A stretch of DNA of 63,809 bases, the filler included, from Dimorphilus gyrociliatus (taxonomy: Eukaryota > Animalia > Annelida): the NCBI GenBank assembly GCA_904063045.1. It is 3 parts of 3 records of this genome, joined end to end, with 100 filler letters (N's around TTAATTAATTAA, not from the genome) between each part and the next. Parts side by side here need not be neighbours in the genome. Positions count along the whole stretch, not along the records: positions 1 to 29,206 come from CAJFCJ010000075.1; 2 more parts are not named here. One strand, written 5' to 3'. The position numbers and the translations under genes are program-made. The notes below the pieces were generated by a model. That model saw nothing but the letters and a program-made list of their open reading frames with translations, did not search any database and was not told the DNA's origin. Shown piece after piece: positions 16,038 to 29,306 of this stretch (the stretch's first letter is position 1; every line of letters begins with the position of its first letter).

Positions 16038-16690
16038 CAGTATAGGCAAAAAGTCCCCAGCCATCTTGTAAAATTTTTAGTTTAGATATTAAGATATACT
16101 GAATAACTACTTTTAATTGATAATAATAATTATTAATATGTAGAAACTAATATCCTTTACGAAAAAATTATCAAAAAATTGTTTTTCTTTTATAAAATTT
16201 CCAGTTTTAGTAATTATACCTCGAAAAAAGGGGCTAGTTAAAAATGAGTCACTATCTATTTAATTGAATATTTTACATTAAATCTACCTTAGGACACTGT
16301 TTTACAATTTATATACATGAATTATTATAATATTTTATGAAAACATAGCAATAATACTTTTAAACTTTTTCAATACTTGGTATGACCCCCCTTATTGAAA
16401 AGACAAAGCTGTAGCCTCTTTCTAAAACTATTAAACAATTTTTCAACATATTTAGTTGGAATATTGTTGAATTCTTGCTGTGTTGCCCTCCATAGATCAT
16501 CTACATTTGTGCACATATGTTTACCAACCCTTCCTTTTTGGTATGACCATAAATTTTCAATAGGATTTAGGTCAGGACTCTAGGCTGACCAGTGTTCCAA
16601 GTGCCTTATGTTCTTTTCATTTATATACCTTAAGGTACTCTGAGATGTATGGCATGGAGCACTATCCTGCATGAATAACCCTGGTCCCTA
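16038..16690 (-). mobile_element. Tc1-like remnant (transposase C-terminus plus 3' TIR)
   Basis: Minus strand reads FMQDSAPCH...W SA* SPDLNPIENLW; TA|CAGTATAGGCAAAAAG terminus at 16038. Confidence 0.85.
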
Positions 16691-16847
16691 TTGTAATTCT
16701 CTAAAAAAGATTTATCAAGAATTTCTTGATATTTCTCTGAATTTAAATTACTTTTATATAAATGTATACCTCTTCTGCCATCACCTTATTAATTCTGATT
16801 TTAATTTTTCATTTATCTTCTTTTAAGTTTTTTTTGTAGAAGAGACA

Positions 16848-17075
16848 ATGGAACAATCAACAAGTGAATTAAAAGATCCACCACCTCCTTATAACTCTTT
16901 AAATGATCAACAACCGCGGGAGCATACATTTCCTAATCCAGTCATTTAATTGCTCAGAGACCATATTTGCAAGATACAATGGTAACAATATATAAAACAA
17001 TTTCTACTATATACACATTTTTTTCTTTATATCATAAGGTTTTAAGTATCATTGCACTGGTATTCTGTTTTTTGC
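16848..17075 (+). pseudogene. Possible LITAF-like gene fragment
   Basis: MEQSTSELKDPPPPY (PPxY), then PYLQDTMVT (resembles CPxCQxTxVT) and a hydrophobic ALVFCFLPW; degraded. Confidence 0.3.
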
Positions 17076-17099
17076 CTTGGAATATTTTAAGGTATCAAC

Positions 17100-18222
17100 C
17101 ACTAGAAGAGAATAGAGGTCGTCCAAAGAAACTGACAGAGAGATATACAGGCAGGATGAAGAGGGCTATACAGAAAATGAAAATAAATAAGGAGAGGGTG
17201 ACAGCAAGAAACATTTAGAAAGAGTTTGATGTATATGTTAGCCTATTAACCATTCAGAAGGAGCTGAAAAAACAAAGTTTTTGGTAAAAGCAAGTTAGAC
17301 AAAGAGCTGATCTCACAAGCAACAATTGCAAGAGAAGAAAAAATTTCTGTCTTCAGATGATCAGTGATAATCTAGACTGATCTTAAGTATATTCACTGAC
17401 AAGTCAAGATTCTCACTGACTGTGCCAGATGATTTTTGTACTTGGACCAAAGATGGCAAGAAAGACTTCAGGGTGACAAAAATATGGGCTTAGGTGGAAT
17501 AATGGTCTGGGGGCTAATAACATCTAATGGAATATTTGAGCTTTGGAGGATAACAAAAAACTTAATGGTGAAAATTGCAGCTGTTTTATTGTGGAAGATG
17601 TTCTTCCTGCTATTGAAGATATTGAGGCAAAAATGGGGAAGAAGTACATCTTCCAGCATGATAATGCTGGGTGTCATACAGCCAGTACTACAAAAAAAGC
17701 TTTGCAGATAAATGGCATCCACCCTCTTGGCCAGCAAAGAGCCCAGATTTCAGCCCAATTGAGAACATGTGACACCTCAACAAAAACCTGGTATATGACA
17801 GTCCACAATTTGAATCTGAGCATGAATTGTGGAAAAAATATAAAAAATGCTCTTTGAGCTTATAAAAGAGCAGCCAGGGTTGTTACCAAGTCTATATGAT
17901 GGAATGGGGCATAGAATCAGGAAATGTATTGAAAAAGAGGCTGGTCACAACCAAAAATAGGAATAATTTGAACATTTTTTCTCCTGTTCCAATTATATTG
18001 AATTGAATAAGATAAAAATCAATAAAGCAGTACATAATATAAAAAAAAATCATGTAAAATCTTACCTAAATCCTATTTGAAAGAAAATCGTATATAAATT
18101 TAAGTTTAATCTAAAATTTTATACAGAAAAAATTAAAAAAAGCTTTTTTCTTAGTGAAAAAGATTTTTAATATATTGGCCTATTCAAAATTTGAGGTGTT
18201 CCATTTTTTATGAAGATTACTG
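17100..18222 (+). mobile_element. Tc1-like remnant (DD34E-type) with 3' TIR, 5' end missing
   Basis: RGRPKKLT, IFTDKSRF, GGIMVWG, FQHDNAGCH, WPAKSPDFSPIEN across frameshifts; ends ...GATTACTG|TA at 18222. Confidence 0.85.
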
Positions 18223-20694
18223 TATACAAAGAAAAGAGAGTGGTAATTTAATTTTTAGATGAAATATCACAGTTCCAAACAAATTTGGAAGAAAGAGTGC
18301 AAGATAGGCTAAATAGTAATCAAATTAAAAATTGAAATATCCACTACAGTGTAAACTGTCAATATTTCACATAACGACACATAATAGAGAATTGGAATTT
18401 CTTTCATTTCTTTTCTTCAGTCTATCAACACAATGAAAGTACAATAATAATTTTAATATTGTTCATACATAAAATCAGCAGCCATATCAAACGATTATTT
18501 TCGTCAAAGTAGTCTTCGTATTTTTTTCTAAATTCTCAGTTTGTTCATTAGATTTTCATCTGTTTACAAAATCTTCAAATTTTGTATGATACCTTCAGAC
18601 ATTGGACAAAATATCCTGTAACCAAATGGCTAGTTGTCAGTGTATTGTTACTTACTGACTCAGTCTTTAATTTTTATTAATAACTTATAAATGGGCTTTT
18701 AAAATGTTCTTTTTGCCTATTTAAAGAGTGTATTATAAATATTCAATTCTATAATGTATTTTTCAAAGCCTTTTTCGAAACTTACTGTTGTAAACACTTT
18801 AATATTTTTAAATTGTTTGTGCTTAATTAAATTTTGTATGAGAAATGAATGATATTTGAGTGAGATAGAGAATATTTATACCTGTAATTTTATGATAGTA
18901 AATATATTCAGTATTGTTTACTAATTTAACTTGCTCTGATGATGAATTAAAGAAGTTACATTCACGTGGACTGACCAATTTTTTAGTAAAACCTCTGTTC
19001 ACAATAAAACTATAGTACTGTAATAAAGAATGGATCATAATTAGCATTGTTTACTTGCAATTTGGCAAAGTGCTACAAAACACTTTACAATTATCCAGAT
19101 TTGCATAAAAGTGTTCAATATGAGAGTTTTGTAAACTTGAATTTTCAGATATTTCAAAATTATAAACTATAGTAATTCATTATTAAAAACAAGCAAAACA
19201 AGAAAATTAACCTGAACACTTACTTTTAACACTTACAATTTCTGAAAAAAAAAGTTTATTTAGTTATAAACAATACATTTTTAATTTGTATACCGCAAGC
19301 AGAATCCTTAGTATATGTAGTCGCTTGATTGTCGGAAAACCACTGACTACTTGTAACTGGTGCTTTCGGAAAAAAGTGACAGTATGTTGGCAATTTAACA
19401 AATGCTCTGTTGTTAAAACTATATAAATATAAAAAATCCAAAAGAACACAATGCTATTTCATACTGGCAAAAAGAAAATTTATCACAAAACTCTTTACAT
19501 TCATCTAAGCTTATATCATTTCTTATCAAGAGATGACCAATTCCTGTTATTTTTTTCTGATTGGTTACTGCATAGTTACAAACTGTCACGAAAAAAGTGC
19601 CTTTTTGTTATAAAAGGAGAAAAAATATCGAAATTGATTTAAACTTACCCAACTCTGATTCTTTGACAAAGGATAAGAAAATTACTGTCAAAAGGAGGAC
19701 ACTTTTCATTATAAAAGCAACCATAGTAGGTAGTTTAGCTTCTCTTTAGAGGTTTTCAAACTATACTATGATAGCCTTCTACTTACCATTTCTATTTATA
19801 TGTGAAACAAGCTGCTTTCTATAGGCTTTCTCAATACTTGATCGCCTTTCTATGTTTTTACAAATAAAAAAAGTTTACATCTATTGTCGATTTGACATTA
19901 GAAATTCAAAGCCCTTATTATTGAAAACATAAATATTTCCTTGCATTCTTGTTAAGAATTCTGTGAATAAAAATTGAACACTTGAAATTACACTTGATAA
20001 TTATAAAATATATTTTTAATGAAAAGATAATGGGTTTGATAATTGGAAATAAAAGGCAACCTTTGTTATTTGTAACAGAGAAACGCCCACTGGTAGTGAA
20101 AATAATTCATCGCTTTACACATTCACTCTCCCCCTTTCTCTCTAAACAATGCCTTTTCTCCCCAGGGTTCAATTTTGTTTTTATCAAAATACAAATATAA
20201 ACAAATGGATTTTGCAGGTAGACCATTTTTTGCTTTAGAAATTACTTACTCAATGCTTCATTTCTTTTGTTTGATATATATTATTTATTTTTCTCCCATT
20301 GCAATCTACAATTTATGAGGTCAAATATAATTTAGGGGAAGGAATTATATTGTGGTTATTCTTTCCTTATTGAATTTCATTATACTTTTACGGATACAGT
20401 TTTATTAATAATTTTAGAATAAGAAATATAAGTCATGTGGGAGAAACAACCCTACAAGAGAATAAAATTAAAGTTAGATTATGTTTGGAATAATAATTTA
20501 TCAACAAATATCTTTCAAGTCTATAATTACCTAAAATTTCAAATATTTCCCCTCCATATCACCATATTTTTTTCTCTGATACTTGAAAATCTTCTCAGAC
20601 ATAAGTTTTTATCACAAAATCTACCTCTCTTTCCTACTCATCAATCAGCAAAAAATGGGGCCGACAGGAAACCTCCTCAAGTGAGCAACATTTC

Positions 20695-20818
20695 GGATTG
20701 AAAAATGGTTATGAGGAGTACAGTTTGATTTTATAGTTAGGGGGGTTCCATCTAAGGGTTAGGGCTAATCAAAAAGGCTAGGGAGAGACAAGTATTAGGT
20801 TAGGGTTAGGGTTAAGCC
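20695..20818. repeat. Second copy of the TTAGGG-motif dispersed repeat
   Basis: GGATTGA(A/G)AAATGGTTA and CATCTAAGGGTTAGGGCTAAT shared with 9609-9687; ends in TTAGGTTAGGGTTAGGGTT. Confidence 0.65.
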
Positions 20819-22886
20819 ATGCAAAACATGATCCTTTTGATTGTACTTTATTATTTATCCTACTGTGCCGGTTCTCCGTCTTTGATAACTCCATCGATAA
20901 GGAAGATACTTGACAGTTTTCATTGAGATTTCCCATACACCTCCGCATGCATATATTTTTACAATGTTATCAAATCTTTGTGTCCTTTAGAGTAATTTTC
21001 GGATATTTTTCTGAGTCTTTCAAGTTTTAAAATTAGTACTTTTCCGTTTTGATCTTCTCTTCTTTGCTTTGTCTCATTCGACTCTTAAATGCCATTCCAC
21101 GTTAACACAGTGGATCTCATCACGTTTCTTTCAAAATATCTTCCCTTTCTTCTGACCACCAATTGTCATTCACGCCTTCGTCAGATGATGTTAAGATACG
21201 TGCCAATGGCCTATCAACTTCAGGGAATAGGTATCTAATCACAAACGAATTACATTGTAGATCTATGCAAGATGAATTATTCGAATCATTATTCATTGTA
21301 TTAATTATGGGTGGATCATAGATTGTTCCTTCATGAAGTATTGATTTAGAACTTGAACAAAACAACTCTATTTATAGTGTATTTGTTCCTTTTGTAACCA
21401 TTACAGGAGAAACATTCACCAATTCCAATAGAGAAATGTTTACTTTGAGAATCAGATTCGCAAGGAGCTTTACATCTTGAATAATTTAAACTTCTTAAAT
21501 AAGCTGGATTTTACATGACAATAAAACTTTCTCTTCCGCAAGAATAATGTGAAAAAGTGTATATATCATACGCAATCATATTATTTAAATTTTGTGGGCA
21601 GTTTTATAAGATGACTTTGGAAAAGAACCCAATGTTAGACAAGTTACTTCAGTTAAAACCAACCCGGCTAGGTGTTTAAAGATAAAATATAGCGCATATG
21701 TTTCGGCTTGCTGCGTCTGAATCACTAATATGAGGTGTTTGATCAAGAAGGTGACATTTGCCAATTTTTTAAGAAAGCCAAGATTCATATTTTGTTGAAA
21801 AGCAAATGTTGCCTTGCATTTACCTTAGACATACCTTGATTTTCTTCGATGTCTTTGATTTCCAAATGAATTATTTTACTTTCTTCAATATCACACAACA
21901 TTTATATACAACAAATGCATATTTATTATTCATTCTCCCATGTGACATTAATAGTCTTTTCTTAGCTGTCTAGTTGTAAACTTTCCAGTATTGAACATAA
22001 TATATTTTACTTTCATCGCAAATTAAGTAAATATATCAAATCTGATTTATGTAGTTTGTCTCGAAAACAAAGATCATAAGTAATTTAGAGTTTGGCAAGT
22101 TCATGATAATTCAGAAGTAATTACTATTACCCAGGTAGCCATTTTCTTTCTATACAGCTTTATCTTTAAGAGCAGTTAACTATTTTGACACGAGTGAAAG
22201 AATATTACTTTCCATTTGCTGTAACTTGATCTCTTCACTTTTACTGATTGAAAAAAACAATATTCATAAAAAAATTCTTTGTAAACTTTCTATTGTTAAT
22301 CTAGGACTTGAAGAGGATATGAAAAATTTACTAACTATCCATTATTTTTATATAATTATTGCATTTAGTTCTTACTACTTTTGCAGTGTTTTGTCTTTAA
22401 CAACAATGGTGACAATAAAAATCATTTAATTATGATTCGAAAATATATTACATTTTCTTTTAAAGAATATTTTTTCACATGAACCAAATTACTATAGAAT
22501 TCTTAATAAAAGTTGTTCAACGACCTATTGCTATGGTAAACTTGCCATGGCTTTTAATATACCTGTCATTATAAACATATCAATTTATGCAAGAAGATAC
22601 TTGAATTCTGTCTGTAATAATATGAACTATGACAAATTGAATGTAAATGCTCATAGTTTTTCAGCTATAGGTGAAAAATGTTCAAAAATGTCTCATTATA
22701 TACATAGAAGCATGATTTTCCTTTTTTTCTAGATTACAATAACAACTACTTAACATTTTATGATGAAAATAGCAATCAGACATATTTTGGTATACATAGT
22801 TACACACTAAAATTTCCAATTTCTGTTCAGTTTACTTTAATAAATGCAACTTGTAATTATATTTCTCTCATTTCTCTATATATCAA

Positions 22887-25800
22887 TTGTTGTTTTATTT
22901 ACTTTATTCAAAAGATTATTACAAAATTTTTGGGGATGAATCTAAATATTCAAACTTTGAATTTGAACTTATTTACGAAAGATTCAATAACACTTCAAAA
23001 GCTTATTGTCTTCTTAAGAGATCAGTTAAACTTTGCGAAAACATTGACAAGTTTCCAAAACCATTCTTACATCCAAGTGACAGAATTGAAATTGATTTCA
23101 ATTGGAAAATATTACCCAAATGTTCAATTGATTTTTGTCACTATCCAAATAGAACTGGAATTAGATGGGTTCAAAATTGGCCGAATGATGATGGTATTTG
23201 GTACACTGAACCAAAAGATACTGAGAAACTTATTCCAACAGAGTTTTCTGAACATTCAAATCAATACATTCCAATTTTTTTTGAATATGCAAATAAAGAA
23301 ATTTTCTATAATAATTTATTAACAGTTTGCAGACATTTTTCGAAATATTTTATAAAACTTTATCGAGGAGAAAAGAGCTTTGAGTATTCAAATTTTTGGT
23401 TCTTAGAACAAAGTGAACATTTACTAAAAATTGTATCTTGTTTAAATGTCGAAAAGAATTTGAGCGGTTGTACTCCATTTAATGCTCAATACAGATATTT
23501 TGATCATTTATTACTTAGAATCCAATGTTTTGATAAACCAGTAAAAATCTTAAAGGACGCTTCTAGTGAATTTACTTTAGTCAAAAACTTTTTAAAAACT
23601 ATTAATTCTGCTCGTTTTTTATATAAAAAGATTTAGAATTTCGATTAATATCTGATAGTGGCAGTGTAGTTGAACAATCTTCAGCTAAACAATTCAAACA
23701 TTTTATTTTTTTATTTGGTAGATTGCAAACTAAATTTAATGGTTTTTGGTATAATATTTCAAATTTTGGTGCAAATGTTTACCAATTGAAAATTATATGT
23801 AAATATTTTAACTTTAAAAGTGGAACTATTTATAAAAAAAACAAAAATAAAGAGCATGATAGTTTTATTTTTTCACTTAATTGTCCAAGAAACATTACAA
23901 GTTTAAATGGATGTCTTATAGAGAATTTTATGAGCGTGTTGCTTGATAGCGTTGGTTCATTAAAAGTAGGGTGTTTTAAACAATTTAAAGAGTGTAATAA
24001 TTCAAAAGGCGCAAGTGAAAATGTTTTGAGTTATTTAAATAGTTGTTATTATTTGTATAAAACGAATAGAGTTTATCATACGATCAAGTTGAAAACTTAT
24101 GCAAAATGAATGGGAAAATGTTAATAGGATTATCTAGTGATGATGAAGCTAGATTTATTGAACATTTTTCCATAACTACATATTTTAAAACAATTAAAAG
24201 GTCAATAAAAAACCTAAGGAGTTTTAAAAGGAAATGGAAAATCCCAGTTGGTTTGTTTAGAAATAACCTAAAAAATAGCTAAAATAAAACAGTAAAAACA
24301 AATTAAAGGCTTTTTGTCAAAGAAGAATAGATTTGGCAAATTACTAAATACAGATAATATTTCCCATGATTTGCCTGGCTTATGGGCATTTGAATTCAAA
24401 TCTAAACCAAAGTAAAATTTATCATTTTCTTTTGTACTATTTACAATTAACGTTTTATGATAGATGTGTTTTGGAAAGTATTAAACCAAAGAACGAATGG
24501 TTTCTGAATGGTTGCGCTTATTTAATGAAATATAAAAGATTCAATTATTACAAACTAATGTCGAGCTCTTGCTATAAAGAGATGTTTAATTACGTAATAT
24601 GCGAAGAGAATACTGGTTAGATTTCTGATTAAATAAAAGAAATTAAAAAAGTAACTAAACGTATAAAAAAAACAGAATTTATAAATTTAAAAGAGATGAA
24701 AAAACAAAATATCGAAGATCTAATAAAGCAAGCTGATCCCGGCACATCTAATTCTAAAGATAAAAGAGTTTTTCATTGTGTGAATTCGAAAGAATTTATA
24801 TCTGTATTATATAAATGCGATGGGAGAATTGATTGTTTTGACGGCTCCGATGAAACAAACTGTTCAATGGCACTATTCAATTGTGATAACGGGAAGAGTA
24901 TTAGTATAAGCTTTCTTTGTAATCATATAACTGATTGCCTTGACAAAACTGATGAGATTAACTGCTGTGAATGTCCTGAAATATATTTGTGTCTATGTAC
25001 ATTTCTGATTGTCTTTTGACTTTATAGACTTTCCACCTTGCCCGAAAGGGTTTGTATTCATAAAATAAACCCATATTGGTTAATATTAAAACAATACTTT
25101 AGATACGAACCTTGTGAAAATAAGGAATGTTTAAGAAAGGAACATTTTTGTAATAATAAGAATGACTGCTTAGACAAAAGTGATGAAAGTAACTGTTTTT
25201 TAAAAGCAGAACTGCATAACAATAAATGTATGTCAAAAACATGCTCTTTTTATCGTTTTTAAACTATTTTTTTATTCAAGATACCGACATTCATTCATGT
25301 AATTTTAAAACTATTAGAAAGGAAGAAGTTTGCGACTTTAAAATTGATTGTTTCGACAAATCAGATGAAGATGTAAATTATTGCAATTGTAAGATATATA
25401 AAAAACTGTTAAAAGTACATTGATATTGCTATAACTTTAAAATTAGATGAACATAACGGAATGTGGCTTCAATCGAATTGTCATATATTATACAATAATG
25501 TAAATACATCAGTATTGAAAACAAATTATTATAGTTAGCTGAAAAAGAGAATGAAATTGTCTATCATTTAAAATTAACATTATTTTATAGGAGAATTTGA
25601 AAAATATGTATTTGAAAATAGAGACTCAGAAATTAATAGCAAGAATTGTGTCTCAACTGATTCGGTTGTAAATTTTGAACAACCGTTAAAAACACATCCA
25701 CCATGGAATTATTTCAAAGAATGCGAAAGTTATCCTTTCCGCCGCCAAAAAGGTTTTTATATTTGCGCTGTTTATGAATATTGTATAGATTCTATGAAGA

Positions 25801-26383
25801 TTTGTGATGGAATTATAGACTACCTTTTGGGAGATGATGAAAATGATTGCGGTATTTTTGCTGTTTTTTGTTTTAACTATTGCTGTAGTGAAACTTTTCC
25901 AGACACTTACAACATCCCATTGTATTTTAAGTGTCATAATTCAAAAATATTCATTAAAATGAACAGAGCATTTTTGGTTTATTATATCCAGAAATTATTT
26001 GTCCAGAAAAAGAAAACATACTTCAATTTGCATATGTATCGTTCAATTCTTGTCCGGAAGCTTGTACGTGTCATTCAATTTTTTATATTAATTGTACAAA
26101 AGATATTAGAATAGTGAACGATCAGCATTTCTACTTTAATGGAATAAATTTATATAATATAAATAAGCCTTAGGAAACTGTTGATTTCTTGACAAGAAAT
26201 GAAACTTTAATACTCTATGGACTTTTAATCTACAATTCAACTTTTACGGATATAAAAATATTACATTTCTATAAAAATCTAAAATTTCTCTATCTATTAA
26301 ATAATCCACAAATCACAAATATTTCAAATTCAACATTCGACCAATTGAATTTTATAATTTATTTAATCATTTTTCTATATTAA
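22887..26383 (+). pseudogene. Multidomain receptor ectodomain: SRCR-SRCR-C-type lectin-(LDLa)n-LRR, disrupted; no 7TM found
   Basis: VCR...V SC LNVEKNLSGC (SRCR-like); GRLQTKFNGFW...ICKYFNF; YLNSCY...C KMNGKMLIGLSSDDEARFI...YVICE (CTL, frameshift at ~24098); at least 5 LDLa CDGxxDCxDxSDE motifs; LKFLYLLNNPQI. Confidence 0.7.
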
Positions 26384-28470
26384 ATATTTTCTATTCTTTG
26401 TTTACTAGAAATCTTTACGAAAAATAAAATATTGAATAGAAATTTATGCTCTCTATTCAATAATCAACCTTGATTGAACAAAAACATTCCGTCGTTTCTT
26501 AACTAGAGAGGAAAGTTTAATGATTTCCCTTATTGGAATATTTATATTTATATAGGTTGAGATGGTCAAACAAGATTTATAATTCTACGATTTCTTCTAA
26601 GTTTTTCTTTTTTAAGACTTTTTTCCTCAATCGCTTTACTGTCCTGCAGTAGGGTTGTAGGCATTAGAAATAAATAGAATCGAATTAAGAGTAAGCCACT
26701 TAGAAGATATGTAGAATTGATAGAAGATAAATTAGAACCAATTAATAAGAATAATATAACTGTATTCTAAAGTAATACTAGACCTGTTCACCAGGAGGGT
26801 TCATTCAGCACTGAGTGCCTGTTACTACCTACACCCTGGCTTTTATATAATTCCTTATCAGTTGTTTATGCATGAGGTGTCAATCCCCAGTTAAGGATTT
26901 TTTTTTCACAACATACAGGGTCAAGAGTTATCATATTATGAAATGGTGATGTAAAAAACAACAGGTTTGTGTAGGTAAACCCTTAAGGGTCAATTATTAC
27001 GACATGTTATTATAGATAAACATTTGCTGTTGTTGTCAACATATTTGGATATATAACATCTTATTTTTTGGGAGTTGATTCAGGTAGTTTGGTACTATCT
27101 ACCGCAGAGGCAACATCCACTCCAACACTTCTATCAAAAAGTAAGTATCTTTCATACAATATCTATTAACTATAGTTCATAAGGGTACAATCGCAAAACA
27201 AGTTATATTGACTGATTAAGTATATATTAATTATTAATTATGCATTTCTTCTACCTCGAGTACAAATATTTTGCTTAAAAAATCCATTCTATCCTCTTAT
27301 AAATTTTTTCCTTACTTTTCCAAGAATTGCCCCATATCCTTTTATAAAATGGTTATAAATTATTTCCAAGATTCTTATAGAATCAGCTCAAATCATAAAC
27401 TTAAAAATGTAATACTGAATATAATAAGGTTTGTTTGTTATGAAAATAATAATTTTAATAACTTATCATATTTTTCTTAAATTTTACAATTCTCAAATTC
27501 ACACTTGTTGAGACTATTTATACAGTTTAAAAGTCTGTATTTTATTATTTATAATATGAAATAATGATGAATCTGAGTAGCCCATTGCAATATGATCTAA
27601 AATTATACACACTATAATTTACTTTCATTCTTCACATTCACTTGCTTCGACAACACAATGATCTAATGGCTATCTAGCTGTAGTTTGTTCATACCTATTG
27701 ATTATTTTTATGATTAATTGAATGAATATTTATTTTCTAAGTATTCATAGGGATCTTATTAGGATTGTTGATCTTTATGTTATTTTGACGGAAACGATTC
27801 TTTAAGTATAAGTTCTAAAATCATATTTTTCATTGAAGCATCTGCTTATTATCAAAGATGAATGCAAAAACATTATTTGTGTTAAATATTCATACAGATC
27901 AATTCACGTATTAATATTGCCTTCTGATGTTTGTTTAGCTTTTGATATTTCCTTATTGACCAGTTAATTTGCCACTGTTGTAGAACATTTTCTCTGTTTA
28001 TTAAGAGAAATATAGAAGATAAAAATGTCCTTTACAGTTTTTCTTTCATCAGTGAAAATACGGTTTGAAAGAAAATATCTTATTTGGATGTTGAAATTCA
28101 AGAGGAAGGAGTTCATACTTTGCAGTTATTTTTCTGTATCTAAATGGTGTGCCTTCGAAATAAATATTTAGTGTTTGATATATTATCTCAACAAAATTGA
28201 GCCTCTTTTGGAAATAATTCTGCCTGTGGCCATTAGTGATTTCAATTGCATTATATTTTAAATTTTATTTATATACATACCTCATTAGGGCTCTGAAAAT
28301 TATTTTGAAATCATCTTGTTGATATTTTAACTAATAGCAATATCAATTGAGAGACGTTCATTAATAAAATTAAACTTGAGCTCCATAGATCATTTGTCCA
28401 TTCTTTGTATTGCCACCAAGACGAACTCTTCAACGGTGCAAGAGTTTGATCTTGATATTCCCATTAATAC

Positions 28471-29206
28471 TTAATTCCCACATAAATTAGTGACTTTGAG
28501 AAAAGGGTATATTTTAAGTAAATTTTTAATCTGTGTAGTTTGACTTTGATTTAAGCTACAAAAACTGAAATTAAGACATTTTAAAGTAGGTGACGACTGG
28601 GCAAGTCCATCACAAATCTCCAATAATCCTCTCTCCATATTTTTATTCCTACTTAAATTAATTCTTTCTACGCTAAAACATTTCTTAAGTAGATTTTCAA
28701 TCAGTATAGATTTATTTTCAGTTAGTGCACAAGAACTGAAATCAATGTATTTTAATGTAGTGAAAGATTGGGAGAGTTCGTAACAAATTTCATAGAGTCC
28801 ATTTTCCATTTCCCTATTTCTACTCAAACCAACCATTTCTATTTGAGAACATTTTTTAAACATGTTGGCAAATTTTTTAGACTGACACTCAGTTATTATA
28901 CAAGAACTGAAACTGACACATTTTAAAGTGGCTTGCGATTGGACGAGTCCATTACAAATTTCAATTAATCTATTTCCCATTTGCGTGTTCCCAATTAACT
29001 AAATACTCTCAATATGAGAATAACATTTCGGCAAACATCCTGGTTTTGTAGATTGAAATTCAGTCAGTTTACAAAAACAAAAGTCAATTTCTTTCAGAGT
29101 GTTTGAAGATTGGACAAGACCATCTTCCATAATCCATTTTCCATTTTATTATTTTTATGTAAAATTATGGATTCTATTTTTGGGCAACTTTTAATAATAT
29201 TTTCAA
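28471..29206 (-). pseudogene. RNI/NLR-like LRR array with an exact 57-aa period, truncated by the contig end
   Basis: Unit MENGLxEICxGLxQSxxTLKxIxFSxCxLT...LSRN repeats every 57 aa; further units at 28980-29206 carry a frameshift and a stop. Confidence 0.8.
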
Positions 29207-29306
29207 NNNNNNNNNNNNNNNNNNNNNNNNNNNNNNNNNNNNNNNNNNNNTTAATTAATTAANNNNNNNNNNNNNNNNNNNNNNNNNNNNNNNNNNNNNN
29301 NNNNNN
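29207..29306. other. Artificial contig-joining spacer
   Basis: 44 N + TTAATTAATTAA (stops in all six frames) + 44 N. Confidence 0.98.

Noticed and set aside
20860-22450. Minus-strand coding-like remnants (for example IFLIDG, Walker-B-like)
   Set aside because: Too many stops and no supporting motif to assign NACHT, vWA or a transposase.
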